From Hydrogenophaga sp. (GTDB lineage: Bacteria; Pseudomonadota; Gammaproteobacteria; Burkholderiales; Burkholderiaceae_C): a stretch of 64,000 nucleotides of DNA. The position numbers and the translations under genes are program-made. Positions 16,252-24,275 of this stretch are shown one piece after another. The DNA lies in NCBI RefSeq assembly GCF_026125825.1, contig NZ_JAHCKK010000015.1:629-64628 (forward strand), written 5' to 3'. Each line of letters opens with the position of its first letter. Positions within the stretch are counted from its first letter, which is position 1. The notes beneath the pieces were generated by a model. The model was given only the letters and a program-made list of their open reading frames with translations. It was not told where the DNA came from and searched no databases.

Positions 16252-17426
16252 TGGCCCACGGCACCGTCATCGTCGGCACCGGGCAGGGCGGCTTCCAGCT
16301 CGCGGCCTCGCTGCGCGATTCGGGTTATGCCGATCCCATCACCCTGGTCGGCGACGAGCCCGGCCTGCCTTACCAGCGCCCCCCGCTGTCCAAGGCCTTC
16401 CTTCAAGGCAAGGTGGACGACACCGGCCTGCTGCTGCGCCCGCCCCCGTTCTACCAGCGCATCGATGCCCGCGTGCTCGGCGGCACGCGCGTGGCGCGCA
16501 TCGACCGCGCGGCGCGTGGCGTGCACCTCTCCAGCGGCCAGACCCTGCCCTACGACCACCTGGTGCTGGCCACCGGCGCGACCGCGCGCACCCTGTGCGT
16601 GCCCGGAGCGGGGTTGTCCGGCGTGCACGTGCTGCGCGGTCTGGAGGACGCGCGGCGCATCCGAGAGCAACTGGCCCGCGCGCGCGCGGTGGCCGTGGTC
16701 GGCGCCGGCTTCATTGGCTTGGAACTCGCGGCCGTGGCGCGCGGCCAGGGCCTGCCGATGCACGTGATCGAGGCCACGGCACGGCCCCTGCTGCGCGCCC
16801 TCTCCGAGCCCATGGCGCGACACCTGCAAGCCTTCCACGAAGCCCAGGGCACGCAATTCCACCTGAACACGCAGCTCGACGCCATCGAAGGCGAGGACGG
16901 CCGCGCCACCGGCCTGCGCCTGCACGGCGGTGGCCGCATCGTCGCCGACCTCATCGTGATCGCGGTAGGCGTCACGCCCAACGACCAGCTGGCGCGCGAC
17001 GCCGGGCTGGCGGTGGGCAATGGCATCGAGGTCGACGAGCTGCTGCTCACCAGCGACGCCGCCATCTCCGCGCTCGGCGACTGCGCGAACTTTCCGTTCG
17101 CGGCCGATGGCGGCTCCCGCGTGCGCATCGAGTCGGTACAGAACGCCGTTGATCAGGCGCGCTGCATCGCCGCGCGCCTGTGCGGTCAACCCCTGCCGTA
17201 CGCCAAGGTGCCCTGGTTCTGGAGCGAGCAAGGCCCTTGCCGGCTGCAGATGGCCGGCCTGGCCGCGCCGGGCGACCGCAGCGACATCGAGGGCGATCCG
17301 GCCAGCGGCCGCTTTTCGGTGCTGCGCTACCGCGGCGATCAACTCAGCGCCGTCGAATCCCTCAACGACCCTGCCGCCCACATGCGCGCGCGCACGGCCC
17401 TCGCGCCGGTGCTAGCACCGACCTGA
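16251..17426 (+). CDS. FAD-dependent ferredoxin--NAD(+) reductase (putidaredoxin-reductase type)
   Basis: ATG 16251 overlaps the ferredoxin stop (TGATG). Has VIVGTGQGG, the GD motif and a second Rossmann VAVVGAGFIGLELA. Confidence 0.9.
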   Translation: MAHGTVIVGTGQGGFQLAASLRDSGYADPITLVGDEPGLPYQRPPLSKAFLQGKVDDTGLLLRPPPFYQRIDARVLGGTRVARIDRAARGVHLSSGQTLPYDHLVLATGATARTLCVPGAGLSGVHVLRGLEDARRIREQLARARAVAVVGAGFIGLELAAVARGQGLPMHVIEATARPLLRALSEPMARHLQAFHEAQGTQFHLNTQLDAIEGEDGRATGLRLHGGGRIVADLIVIAVGVTPNDQLARDAGLAVGNGIEVDELLLTSDAAISALGDCANFPFAADGGSRVRIESVQNAVDQARCIAARLCGQPLPYAKVPWFWSEQGPCRLQMAGLAAPGDRSDIEGDPASGRFSVLRYRGDQLSAVESLNDPAAHMRARTALAPVLAPT

Positions 17427-17478
17427 GCTCCCTCAGTCCCATTCGACATCCACACCTTCCCACAGAAAGAGACAACAC

Positions 17479-18234
17479 ATGACAGCAGCATCCCGGGTCA
17501 TCGCGGTCACTGGCGGCGCCAGCGGCATCGGTTTCGCCTTCTCCGAAGCCCTCGCGCGCGCGGGCCACCAGGTCGTCATCGCCGACCTGCGCGGTGCCGT
17601 CGAAGCGGCCGAACGCCTCAGTGCCCAGGGCCTGAAGGCCATCGGCACGCAGACCGATGTGGTCAAGCCCGCCGACGTGGCGGGCATGGTCGAACAGGCC
17701 GTGAAGGCGTTCGGCCGGCTCGACGTGCTGGTGAACAACGCCGGCCTGTTCACCACGCTCACGCTCAAACCGTTCGACCAGATCAGCGACGCCGAGTGGA
17801 TGCGGGTGATGGAGGTCAACACCCTGGGGCCTTTCGTGTGCGCCAAAGCGGTCGTGCCCGAAATGCGCAAGAACGGGTTCGGCCGCATCGTGAACATCGC
17901 GTCCACCACGCCGATCAAGGGCACGCCCAACATGCTGCACTACGTGGCCAGCAAGGGCGCGGTGATCGCGTTCACGCGCTCGCTAGCCCGCGAACTCGGC
18001 AAGGACGACATCACCGTCAACGCCATTGCCCCGGGCTTCACGCTGAGCGACGGTGTGCTCGACAACGACCTGCACAGCAAGATGGGCGACGTGGTGCGCA
18101 AGACCAGCCGCTCGCTGCAGCGCGACCAGGTGCCTGAAGACCTGGTGGGCGCCCTGCTCTTCCTAGCCAGCGACGGCGCGGGCTTCATCACCGGCCAGAC
18201 CATCGCCGTCGACGGTGGCTCGGTATTCATCTGA
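17479..18234 (+). CDS. short-chain dehydrogenase/reductase (SDR)
   Basis: 251 aa. Has TGGASGIG, NNAG, the YVASK catalytic pair and C-terminal ITGQTIAVDGG. Confidence 0.9.
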   Translation: MTAASRVIAVTGGASGIGFAFSEALARAGHQVVIADLRGAVEAAERLSAQGLKAIGTQTDVVKPADVAGMVEQAVKAFGRLDVLVNNAGLFTTLTLKPFDQISDAEWMRVMEVNTLGPFVCAKAVVPEMRKNGFGRIVNIASTTPIKGTPNMLHYVASKGAVIAFTRSLARELGKDDITVNAIAPGFTLSDGVLDNDLHSKMGDVVRKTSRSLQRDQVPEDLVGALLFLASDGAGFITGQTIAVDGGSVFI

Positions 18235-18248
18235 TCGGTTGACTCACC

Positions 18249-19697
18249 ATGACCGACACCGCATACGGCAAGCCTTTCCTCTACATCGATGGCGAATTCA
18301 TCGAAGGCGGCGACCGCCAACACCAGGACATCATCAACCCCGCCAACGGCGAGGTGATCGGCTCGTTGCCGCACGCGCGCCGCGACGACCTTGACCGCGC
18401 ACTGAACGCGGCGCAACGCGCCTTCGAGAGCTGGCGCAAGAGTTCGCCGCTCGAGCGCTCGAAGGTGCTGCGCCGCGTGGCCGAGCTCACGCGCGAACGC
18501 GCACCGCAGGTCGCCCGCCAGATCACTCTCGACCAGGGCAAGCCGCTGAGCGAGGCGCTGCTGGAGGTGACCACCTGTGCCGAACACGCAGAGTGGCACG
18601 CCGAAGAATGCCGCCGCATCTATGGCCGCGTGATCCCCGCACGCCTGCCCCACGTGCGCCAGCTGGTGCTGCGCGAGCCCGTGGGCGTGTGCGTGGCCTT
18701 CACGCCCTGGAACTTTCCGTTTAACCAGGCCATCCGCAAGATGGTGGCGGCGATCGGCGCGGGTTGCACGCTTGTGCTGAAGGGGCCAGAGGATTCGCCG
18801 GGCGCGGTGATCGCGCTCGCGCGCATGTTCCACGACGCGGGTCTGCCCCCGGGCGTGCTCAACGTGGTGTGGGGTGTGCCGGCCGAGGTGTCGGACCACC
18901 TGATCCGCTCGCCGATCTCGCGCAAGGTATCGTTCACCGGCTCGGTGCCGGTGGGCAAGCAGCTGGCGTCGCTCGCCGGCCTGCACATGAAGCGCATCAG
19001 CATGGAGCTGGGCGGGCACTCGCCGGTGGTGGTGTTCGACGACGCAGACGTGGACGACGCGGCCCATCTGCTGGCGCGTTTCAAGGCGCGCAACGCGGGG
19101 CAGCTGTGCATTGCACCCAGCCGCTTCTTCGTGCAGGAGAAGGTGTACGACCGCTTTCTCGACACCTTCACGAAAGCCTACGGTGGCTTGAAGGTGGGCG
19201 ACGGCATGGACAAGGACACGCAGATGGGCCCCCTGGCGCACCTGCGCAGGGTCGATGCCATGGAAGGCTTGGTGGCCGATGCGCTGGAGCGTGGCGCGAA
19301 GCTGGCCAGCGGCGGCACGCGGCTCGCTGGCCCTGGCTACTTCTACCCGCCCACCATCCTCACCGACATTCCCGACGACGCGCGCCTGATGGTCGAAGAA
19401 CCCTTCGGTCCGGTCGCGCCGATCACGCGCTTCAAGGACACCGACGAGGTATTGAAGCGCGCCAACGCCCTGCCCTTCGGCCTCACCGGTTTCGTTTTCA
19501 CCGGCTCCATCAAGACCTCGGAGCGCATGGTCAACGGCCTCGAGGTGGGCATGGTCAACGTGAACCATTTCGGCATCACGCTGGCCGAGACGCCGTTCGG
19601 TGGCGTGAAGGACAGCGGCATCGGCAGCGAAGGCGGCAGCGAAACCTTCGACGGCTACCTCGTCACTAAATTCGTTTCGCAGGCAAGCCCTGCTTGA
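18249..19697 (+). CDS. NAD(P)-dependent aldehyde dehydrogenase
   Basis: 482 aa. Has FTPWNFP, ELGGHSP and the catalytic-Cys region NAGQLCIAPSR. Confidence 0.9.
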   Translation: MTDTAYGKPFLYIDGEFIEGGDRQHQDIINPANGEVIGSLPHARRDDLDRALNAAQRAFESWRKSSPLERSKVLRRVAELTRERAPQVARQITLDQGKPLSEALLEVTTCAEHAEWHAEECRRIYGRVIPARLPHVRQLVLREPVGVCVAFTPWNFPFNQAIRKMVAAIGAGCTLVLKGPEDSPGAVIALARMFHDAGLPPGVLNVVWGVPAEVSDHLIRSPISRKVSFTGSVPVGKQLASLAGLHMKRISMELGGHSPVVVFDDADVDDAAHLLARFKARNAGQLCIAPSRFFVQEKVYDRFLDTFTKAYGGLKVGDGMDKDTQMGPLAHLRRVDAMEGLVADALERGAKLASGGTRLAGPGYFYPPTILTDIPDDARLMVEEPFGPVAPITRFKDTDEVLKRANALPFGLTGFVFTGSIKTSERMVNGLEVGMVNVNHFGITLAETPFGGVKDSGIGSEGGSETFDGYLVTKFVSQASPA

Positions 19698-19772
19698 TCA
19701 CCAGTACTACAAGAAGCCAGCACCGCCCAGGGGGCCGGACCCGCCTTTCCCTTCAATCCAGGAGACAACCTC

Positions 19773-20825
19773 ATGATGCAACGCAGAACCCTCATCAAAT
19801 CGGCGGCGGCAGCCGCTTCCCTTGGAGCCCCCACCCTTGGCGTCTTCGCCCAGCAAGTGGTAACCCTGAAGTTCCATACCTTCATGGCGCCGACCTCGAA
19901 TGTCTATCTCAATGCACACAAGGCATGGATGTCGAAAGTGGAGAACGACTCGGGCGGACGTATCCGCTTCGAGGGCTTTCCTGCCATGCAGCTGGGGGGC
20001 TCACCAAGTCAACTTTTCGACCAGGCACGGGATGGTGTTGTCGATATCGTATGGACTTTGGCTGGACTTACCCCCGGTCGATTCCCTCGGACCGAAGTGT
20101 TCGAACTGCCGTTCATGACCATGGACGGCATCGGAGCGTCGCGTGCCGCCTGGGAGTACCTCGAAACCCACGCCAGCGATGAGTTCAAGGACGTCCAACC
20201 ACTCGCTTTTCATACCCATGGTCCAGGAGTGCTGCACTCGAAAAGCAAGGCCATCAACAGCGCTTCCGACCTGCGCGGCCTGAAGATGCGAGGGCCGACC
20301 CGCCAAGCGACTAAGTTGCTCGCAGCAGCAGGAGCATCCGCGGTAGGCATGCCGCTGCCACAGATTCCAGACGCGCTGTCCAAAGGCGTCATTGACGGCG
20401 CAGCCTTGCCTTGGGAAGTGATTCCTTCGGTCAAGGTGCATGAGCTTGTTCAGCACCACAGCGAGTTCGCGCCCGGCAAGCCAGCTCTTTACAACACGGC
20501 GTTTGTGATGGTGATGAACAAAAGAAAATATACATCGTTGCCTCCGGATATCAAAAAGGTGATCGACGACAACTCGGGCCTGGAAACCTCGGCTTGGTTC
20601 GGCAAGGTGCAACAAGATCATGACCCCATCAGTCGCAAGATGGCGACCGATCGAGGCAACAAGGTACACGTGTTCAGCGAATCGGAAACCAGCGAGTTTG
20701 TCAAACTGACTGGCACCATCGCCAGCGAATGGGTCCAGGAGATGGACAAGCGCGGGCAGGACGGTGCCAAGCTCTTGGCTGGCGCAAAGGCGCTCATTGC
20801 CAAACATAAACCAAAGGCTGCATGA
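19773..20825 (+). CDS. TRAP-transporter substrate-binding protein (DctP family), copy 1
   Basis: 350 aa. Tat/Sec-like leader ([15 protein letters not shown]..), the DctP-type LKFHTF start of the mature protein, and [10 protein letters not shown] with the conserved carboxylate-binding Arg context. Confidence 0.9.
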   Translation: MMQRRTLIKSAAAAASLGAPTLGVFAQQVVTLKFHTFMAPTSNVYLNAHKAWMSKVENDSGGRIRFEGFPAMQLGGSPSQLFDQARDGVVDIVWTLAGLTPGRFPRTEVFELPFMTMDGIGASRAAWEYLETHASDEFKDVQPLAFHTHGPGVLHSKSKAINSASDLRGLKMRGPTRQATKLLAAAGASAVGMPLPQIPDALSKGVIDGAALPWEVIPSVKVHELVQHHSEFAPGKPALYNTAFVMVMNKRKYTSLPPDIKKVIDDNSGLETSAWFGKVQQDHDPISRKMATDRGNKVHVFSESETSEFVKLTGTIASEWVQEMDKRGQDGAKLLAGAKALIAKHKPKAA

Positions 20826-21772
20826 GCGGCCTTGCGCGCCTGGCCATCTCGATCGGCGATCCGAACGGCATCGGACCGGAGATCACGCTAAAGGCACTTG
20901 CCACTCTGACAGAGTCTGAGCGCGACCGTATTACGCTGTTCGGCCCGAATTCGGTGCTGCGCCGCTGCGCCGAGCAATTGAACCTTAGCGGGATGCTAGA
21001 TGGTGTTCGTTGCAACGAGGTAGGCGCCCTCGATCCGGCTGCAGCTGTACCTGGTCGCATCGACGCGGCCGCTGGCGCCTCGTCGGTGGCCAGCGCTACG
21101 GCGGCCATTCAGGCTGCGCAGGCTGGCGAGTTCGACGCCGTGATCGCCTGTCCTCACCACGAGACAGCGATCACGCAGGCAGGTATAGCGTTCAGCGGGT
21201 ACCCCTCTCTTGTGGCGCGTGTGTGCGGCCAATCTGCCGACTCCGTTTTCTTGATGCTGGTGGGGGCGGGCTTACGCATCGTGCACGTCACGCTCCACGA
21301 GAGCGTTCAAACAGCACTTGATCGTCTGAGCACCGACCTGATCGTGCGCGCCACTCAGGCAGGCATCGTCGCGTGTCAGCGGCTGGGCGTGGAAACGCCT
21401 CGCATCGGCATGTTCGGTATCAATCCACACGCATCCGAAGGTGAGCTTTTCGGACCGGAGGACGCTCGCTTGATGGTGCCTGCGGTGGCGCAGCTGCGCT
21501 CAGCAGGCCACCATGTCAGTGGGCCCACAGGTGCAGACACGCTGTTGGCAAACAGGCAGCACGATCTCTATGTGGCCGTCTTCCACGACCAGGGTCACAT
21601 TCCAATCAAGTTGCTGGCGCCCCACGCCGCAAGTGCCCTCAGCGTGGGAGGCAACGTCGTGCTGTCCAGTGTCGGGCATGGAAGTGCCATGGACATCGCC
21701 GGCAAGGGAATTGCCAGTCCCGAGGCCTTGCTTCGCACGATTTACCTGCTGAACTCCACGCTGAGCGAGTGA
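20822..21772 (+). CDS. PdxA-family NAD-dependent dehydrogenase, TphB (dicarboxy-dihydrodiol dehydrogenase)-like
   Basis: 316 aa. Has [26 protein letters not shown] and [16 protein letters not shown] overlap with the TRAP SBP gene. Confidence 0.85.
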   Translation: MSGLARLAISIGDPNGIGPEITLKALATLTESERDRITLFGPNSVLRRCAEQLNLSGMLDGVRCNEVGALDPAAAVPGRIDAAAGASSVASATAAIQAAQAGEFDAVIACPHHETAITQAGIAFSGYPSLVARVCGQSADSVFLMLVGAGLRIVHVTLHESVQTALDRLSTDLIVRATQAGIVACQRLGVETPRIGMFGINPHASEGELFGPEDARLMVPAVAQLRSAGHHVSGPTGADTLLANRQHDLYVAVFHDQGHIPIKLLAPHAASALSVGGNVVLSSVGHGSAMDIAGKGIASPEALLRTIYLLNSTLSE

Positions 21773-21817
21773 CTTCCTAAATTTGACAGTCTCCTCCTAT
21801 GGTCAACCCAAACTGCG

Positions 21818-22247
21818 CTAACAAAGTCGTTCGAATTCCGACTGTTCGGGTGCGATCGCGATTCGTGAGGCGGACTGCTTCAGACGGTAGCTCTTGCCTT
21901 CGAACCCCAGCGTCGAGCAGCGGTGTATCAGTCGATCAAGGATGGTGGTGGCCATGGTGACGTCGGCCAGGTACTTGCTCAGGTCCTGCACCAAAAGATT
22001 TGAGGTGATGACGATGGCGCGGCGCAGGTTGTAGCGCTGGTGAACGATGGCATAGAGGAGTTCGTCGCTGATGTCGGCGATGCGCCGGGCCAGAGACTGG
22101 TCATCTAGCACGAGCAGGTCCGAGGACTCCACACATCCCACGGCCTGCACGCTGGTGCTTGGCTGTGGCGAACATGAGGACTCGGTCCTTGCGGTTCTCG
22201 TCGTGATCTTGTGGATTTGGCGATAGCGCCGGATGTTTCGTGCCGAC
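21818..22247 (-). mobile_element. IS21-family IstB (helper ATPase) remnant, frameshifted and 5'-truncated
   Basis: 21818-22150 encodes the Walker-B to C-terminal part (DLLVLDD..., ITSN, LDRLIHR, GKSYRLK). A degenerate Walker-A-like stretch (VGTKHPAL) lies upstream in a different frame. No istA is present. Confidence 0.7.
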
Positions 22248-22430
22248 CCAGCCTAACAACATCGAAGGTCATTTAGGTAACCGCTCACGACGCCCCCAGT
22301 GTTTACCCTGATTTCGTGGAGTGAACATAACCGTAGAATGAACAACATAATCACCAGACGGACAATCCGGATTGCGAACTGGATCAAGTCTCACTTCCTA
22401 GGTACTCACGCCTTCTCCTCAATTCACCAA

Positions 22431-23483
22431 ATGATCAACCGCAGAACCATCGTTCAGTTGGCAGTAGGGATGGCCTTGGGCGCTCCCTCGCTGACAGGCT
22501 TTGCTCAGCAGTCGATCACTTTGCGATTTCACACTTTCATGTCTCCCATGTCCAACGTATGGGTCAGCATGAACAAGGTATGGATGGAAAAGGTGCAACG
22601 GGAATCAGATGGGCGCATCCGGTTTGAGGCGTACCCCGCGATGCAGCTTGATGGCGCGCCTGTGCAGCCATACGACCAGGCACGGGATGGCGTGGCTGAC
22701 ATCGTTTGGACACTGACCGACTATTCACCTGGAGGCTTTCCTTGCAGCGAGGTGTTTGTCCTGCCGTTCATGACGACCAACGCCGAGGCTACTTCCAAGG
22801 CTTTCTGGGAGTTCATCAAGACAAAAGCGTCCAACGAACACAAGGAAGTGCATCCCATTGCAGTGCAGGTTCATAGGCCGGGGATGCTCCACACCCGCGA
22901 CCGCCTCTTTGAGGCTCCGTACGACTTGCGCGGCCTGAAAATGCGCGGTCCAACCAGACAAACTACGAAGATGCTGGGATACCTCGGCGCCAATGCTGTG
23001 GGCATGCCGCTGCCCAAGATTCCCGACGCACTGCAAAAGGGGCCTCTCGACGGTTGCGTGATCCCTTGGGATGTCGTTCCCTCCGTAAAGGTGCACGAAT
23101 TAACGAAGTTTCACAGTCAGTTCGATCCAGCCAGTGGCGCGCTCTACACCACGACATTCGTGATGGCAACAAACAAACGGAAGTACGAGTCCCTGCCGCC
23201 AGATGTCCGGAAGGTGCTGGACCCCAACTCGGGCATAACCGCTTCTGCGTCCTTGGGGCGCGCCCACCAATGTGGCGACGACCCTGCCCGCAAGTTGGTG
23301 GAGGCACGCGGCAACGTGACCCATAACTTCGGGCAGGTCGAAGCCCAAGAGTTCAGGCGCGCAGCAAGCCAGGTAGAGGTCGAATGGGTCAAGGACATGG
23401 AGAGCCGCGGCTTCGATGGTCGCGATCTTTTGTCAACAGCCCGGGCCTTGATCGAAAAACACACAAAAACTACCAAGACATAA
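22431..23483 (+). CDS. TRAP-transporter substrate-binding protein (DctP family), copy 2
   Basis: 350 aa from ATG 22431 (MINRRTIVQ...). Co-linear paralogue of 19773-20825, roughly half of positions identical by eye. No obvious Shine-Dalgarno upstream. Confidence 0.85.
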   Translation: MINRRTIVQLAVGMALGAPSLTGFAQQSITLRFHTFMSPMSNVWVSMNKVWMEKVQRESDGRIRFEAYPAMQLDGAPVQPYDQARDGVADIVWTLTDYSPGGFPCSEVFVLPFMTTNAEATSKAFWEFIKTKASNEHKEVHPIAVQVHRPGMLHTRDRLFEAPYDLRGLKMRGPTRQTTKMLGYLGANAVGMPLPKIPDALQKGPLDGCVIPWDVVPSVKVHELTKFHSQFDPASGALYTTTFVMATNKRKYESLPPDVRKVLDPNSGITASASLGRAHQCGDDPARKLVEARGNVTHNFGQVEAQEFRRAASQVEVEWVKDMESRGFDGRDLLSTARALIEKHTKTTKT

Positions 23484-23492
23484 AGACACTCC

Positions 23493-24275
23493 ATGAATCA
23501 ACTGCCCAAAGAAAACACCCCACGGCTGGCCAACCGGGTTGCGATCGTGACCGGCGCGGCGCAAGGTATCGGAGAGACATACGCTCGTGCATTGGCTCAA
23601 GAAGGTGCCTCCGTGGTCTGTGCCGATGTGCTGGACGCCACCGGGGTGGTCAACCAGATCATTGAGAAGGGTGGCCGGGCGGTGTTTGTCCACACAGACG
23701 TGACGTCCCGCGAATCGGTGGAGAAGATGGTTGGGTCCGCACTTCAGGCGTTCGGCCGCATTGACGTGCTGGTCAACAACGCCGCAATTTTCGGCAACCT
23801 TGCCCTCAAGCCGTTCGAGCAGATCGAGTCGACCGAGTGGGACAAGGTGATGTCCGTCAACGTGCGCGGCTCCTTCGAGTGCGCCAGAGCGGTCAGCCCC
23901 GTGATGCGTCAGCAGCGCTACGGCAAGATCATCAACATCGCCTCCGGCACGGTTTTCAAGGGCACGCCGCTCTTCCTGCACTACGTCACCTCCAAGGGCG
24001 CCGTGGTGGCGATGGCGCGCTGTCTGGCGCGTGAATTGGGTAACGACAATATCTGCGTCAATACACTGGCGCCGGGCCTGACCCTGAGCGCCAATGTCAG
24101 CGCAAATCCCGACTGGCAAGGCTCAATCGCTTCAGGCATCGTTTCGTCCCGCTGCATCAAGCGTGATCAGGTACCCGACGACCTGACCGGCACCTTGATC
24201 TACCTCGCCAGCGCCGACAGTGACTTTGTCACCGGTCAGGTGATTGTGGTTGATGGCGGATCGGTCACACATTGA
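23493..24275 (+). CDS. short-chain dehydrogenase/reductase (SDR), paralogue of 17479-18234
   Basis: 260 aa. Has TGAAQGIG, NNAA, YVTSK and VTGQVIVVDGG. Confidence 0.9.
   Translation: MNQLPKENTPRLANRVAIVTGAAQGIGETYARALAQEGASVVCADVLDATGVVNQIIEKGGRAVFVHTDVTSRESVEKMVGSALQAFGRIDVLVNNAAIFGNLALKPFEQIESTEWDKVMSVNVRGSFECARAVSPVMRQQRYGKIINIASGTVFKGTPLFLHYVTSKGAVVAMARCLARELGNDNICVNTLAPGLTLSANVSANPDWQGSIASGIVSSRCIKRDQVPDDLTGTLIYLASADSDFVTGQVIVVDGGSVTH

Noticed and set aside
17940-19568. 542-aa minus-strand ORF
   Set aside because: It is antisense to the SDR and aldehyde dehydrogenase genes. Same reasoning as above.
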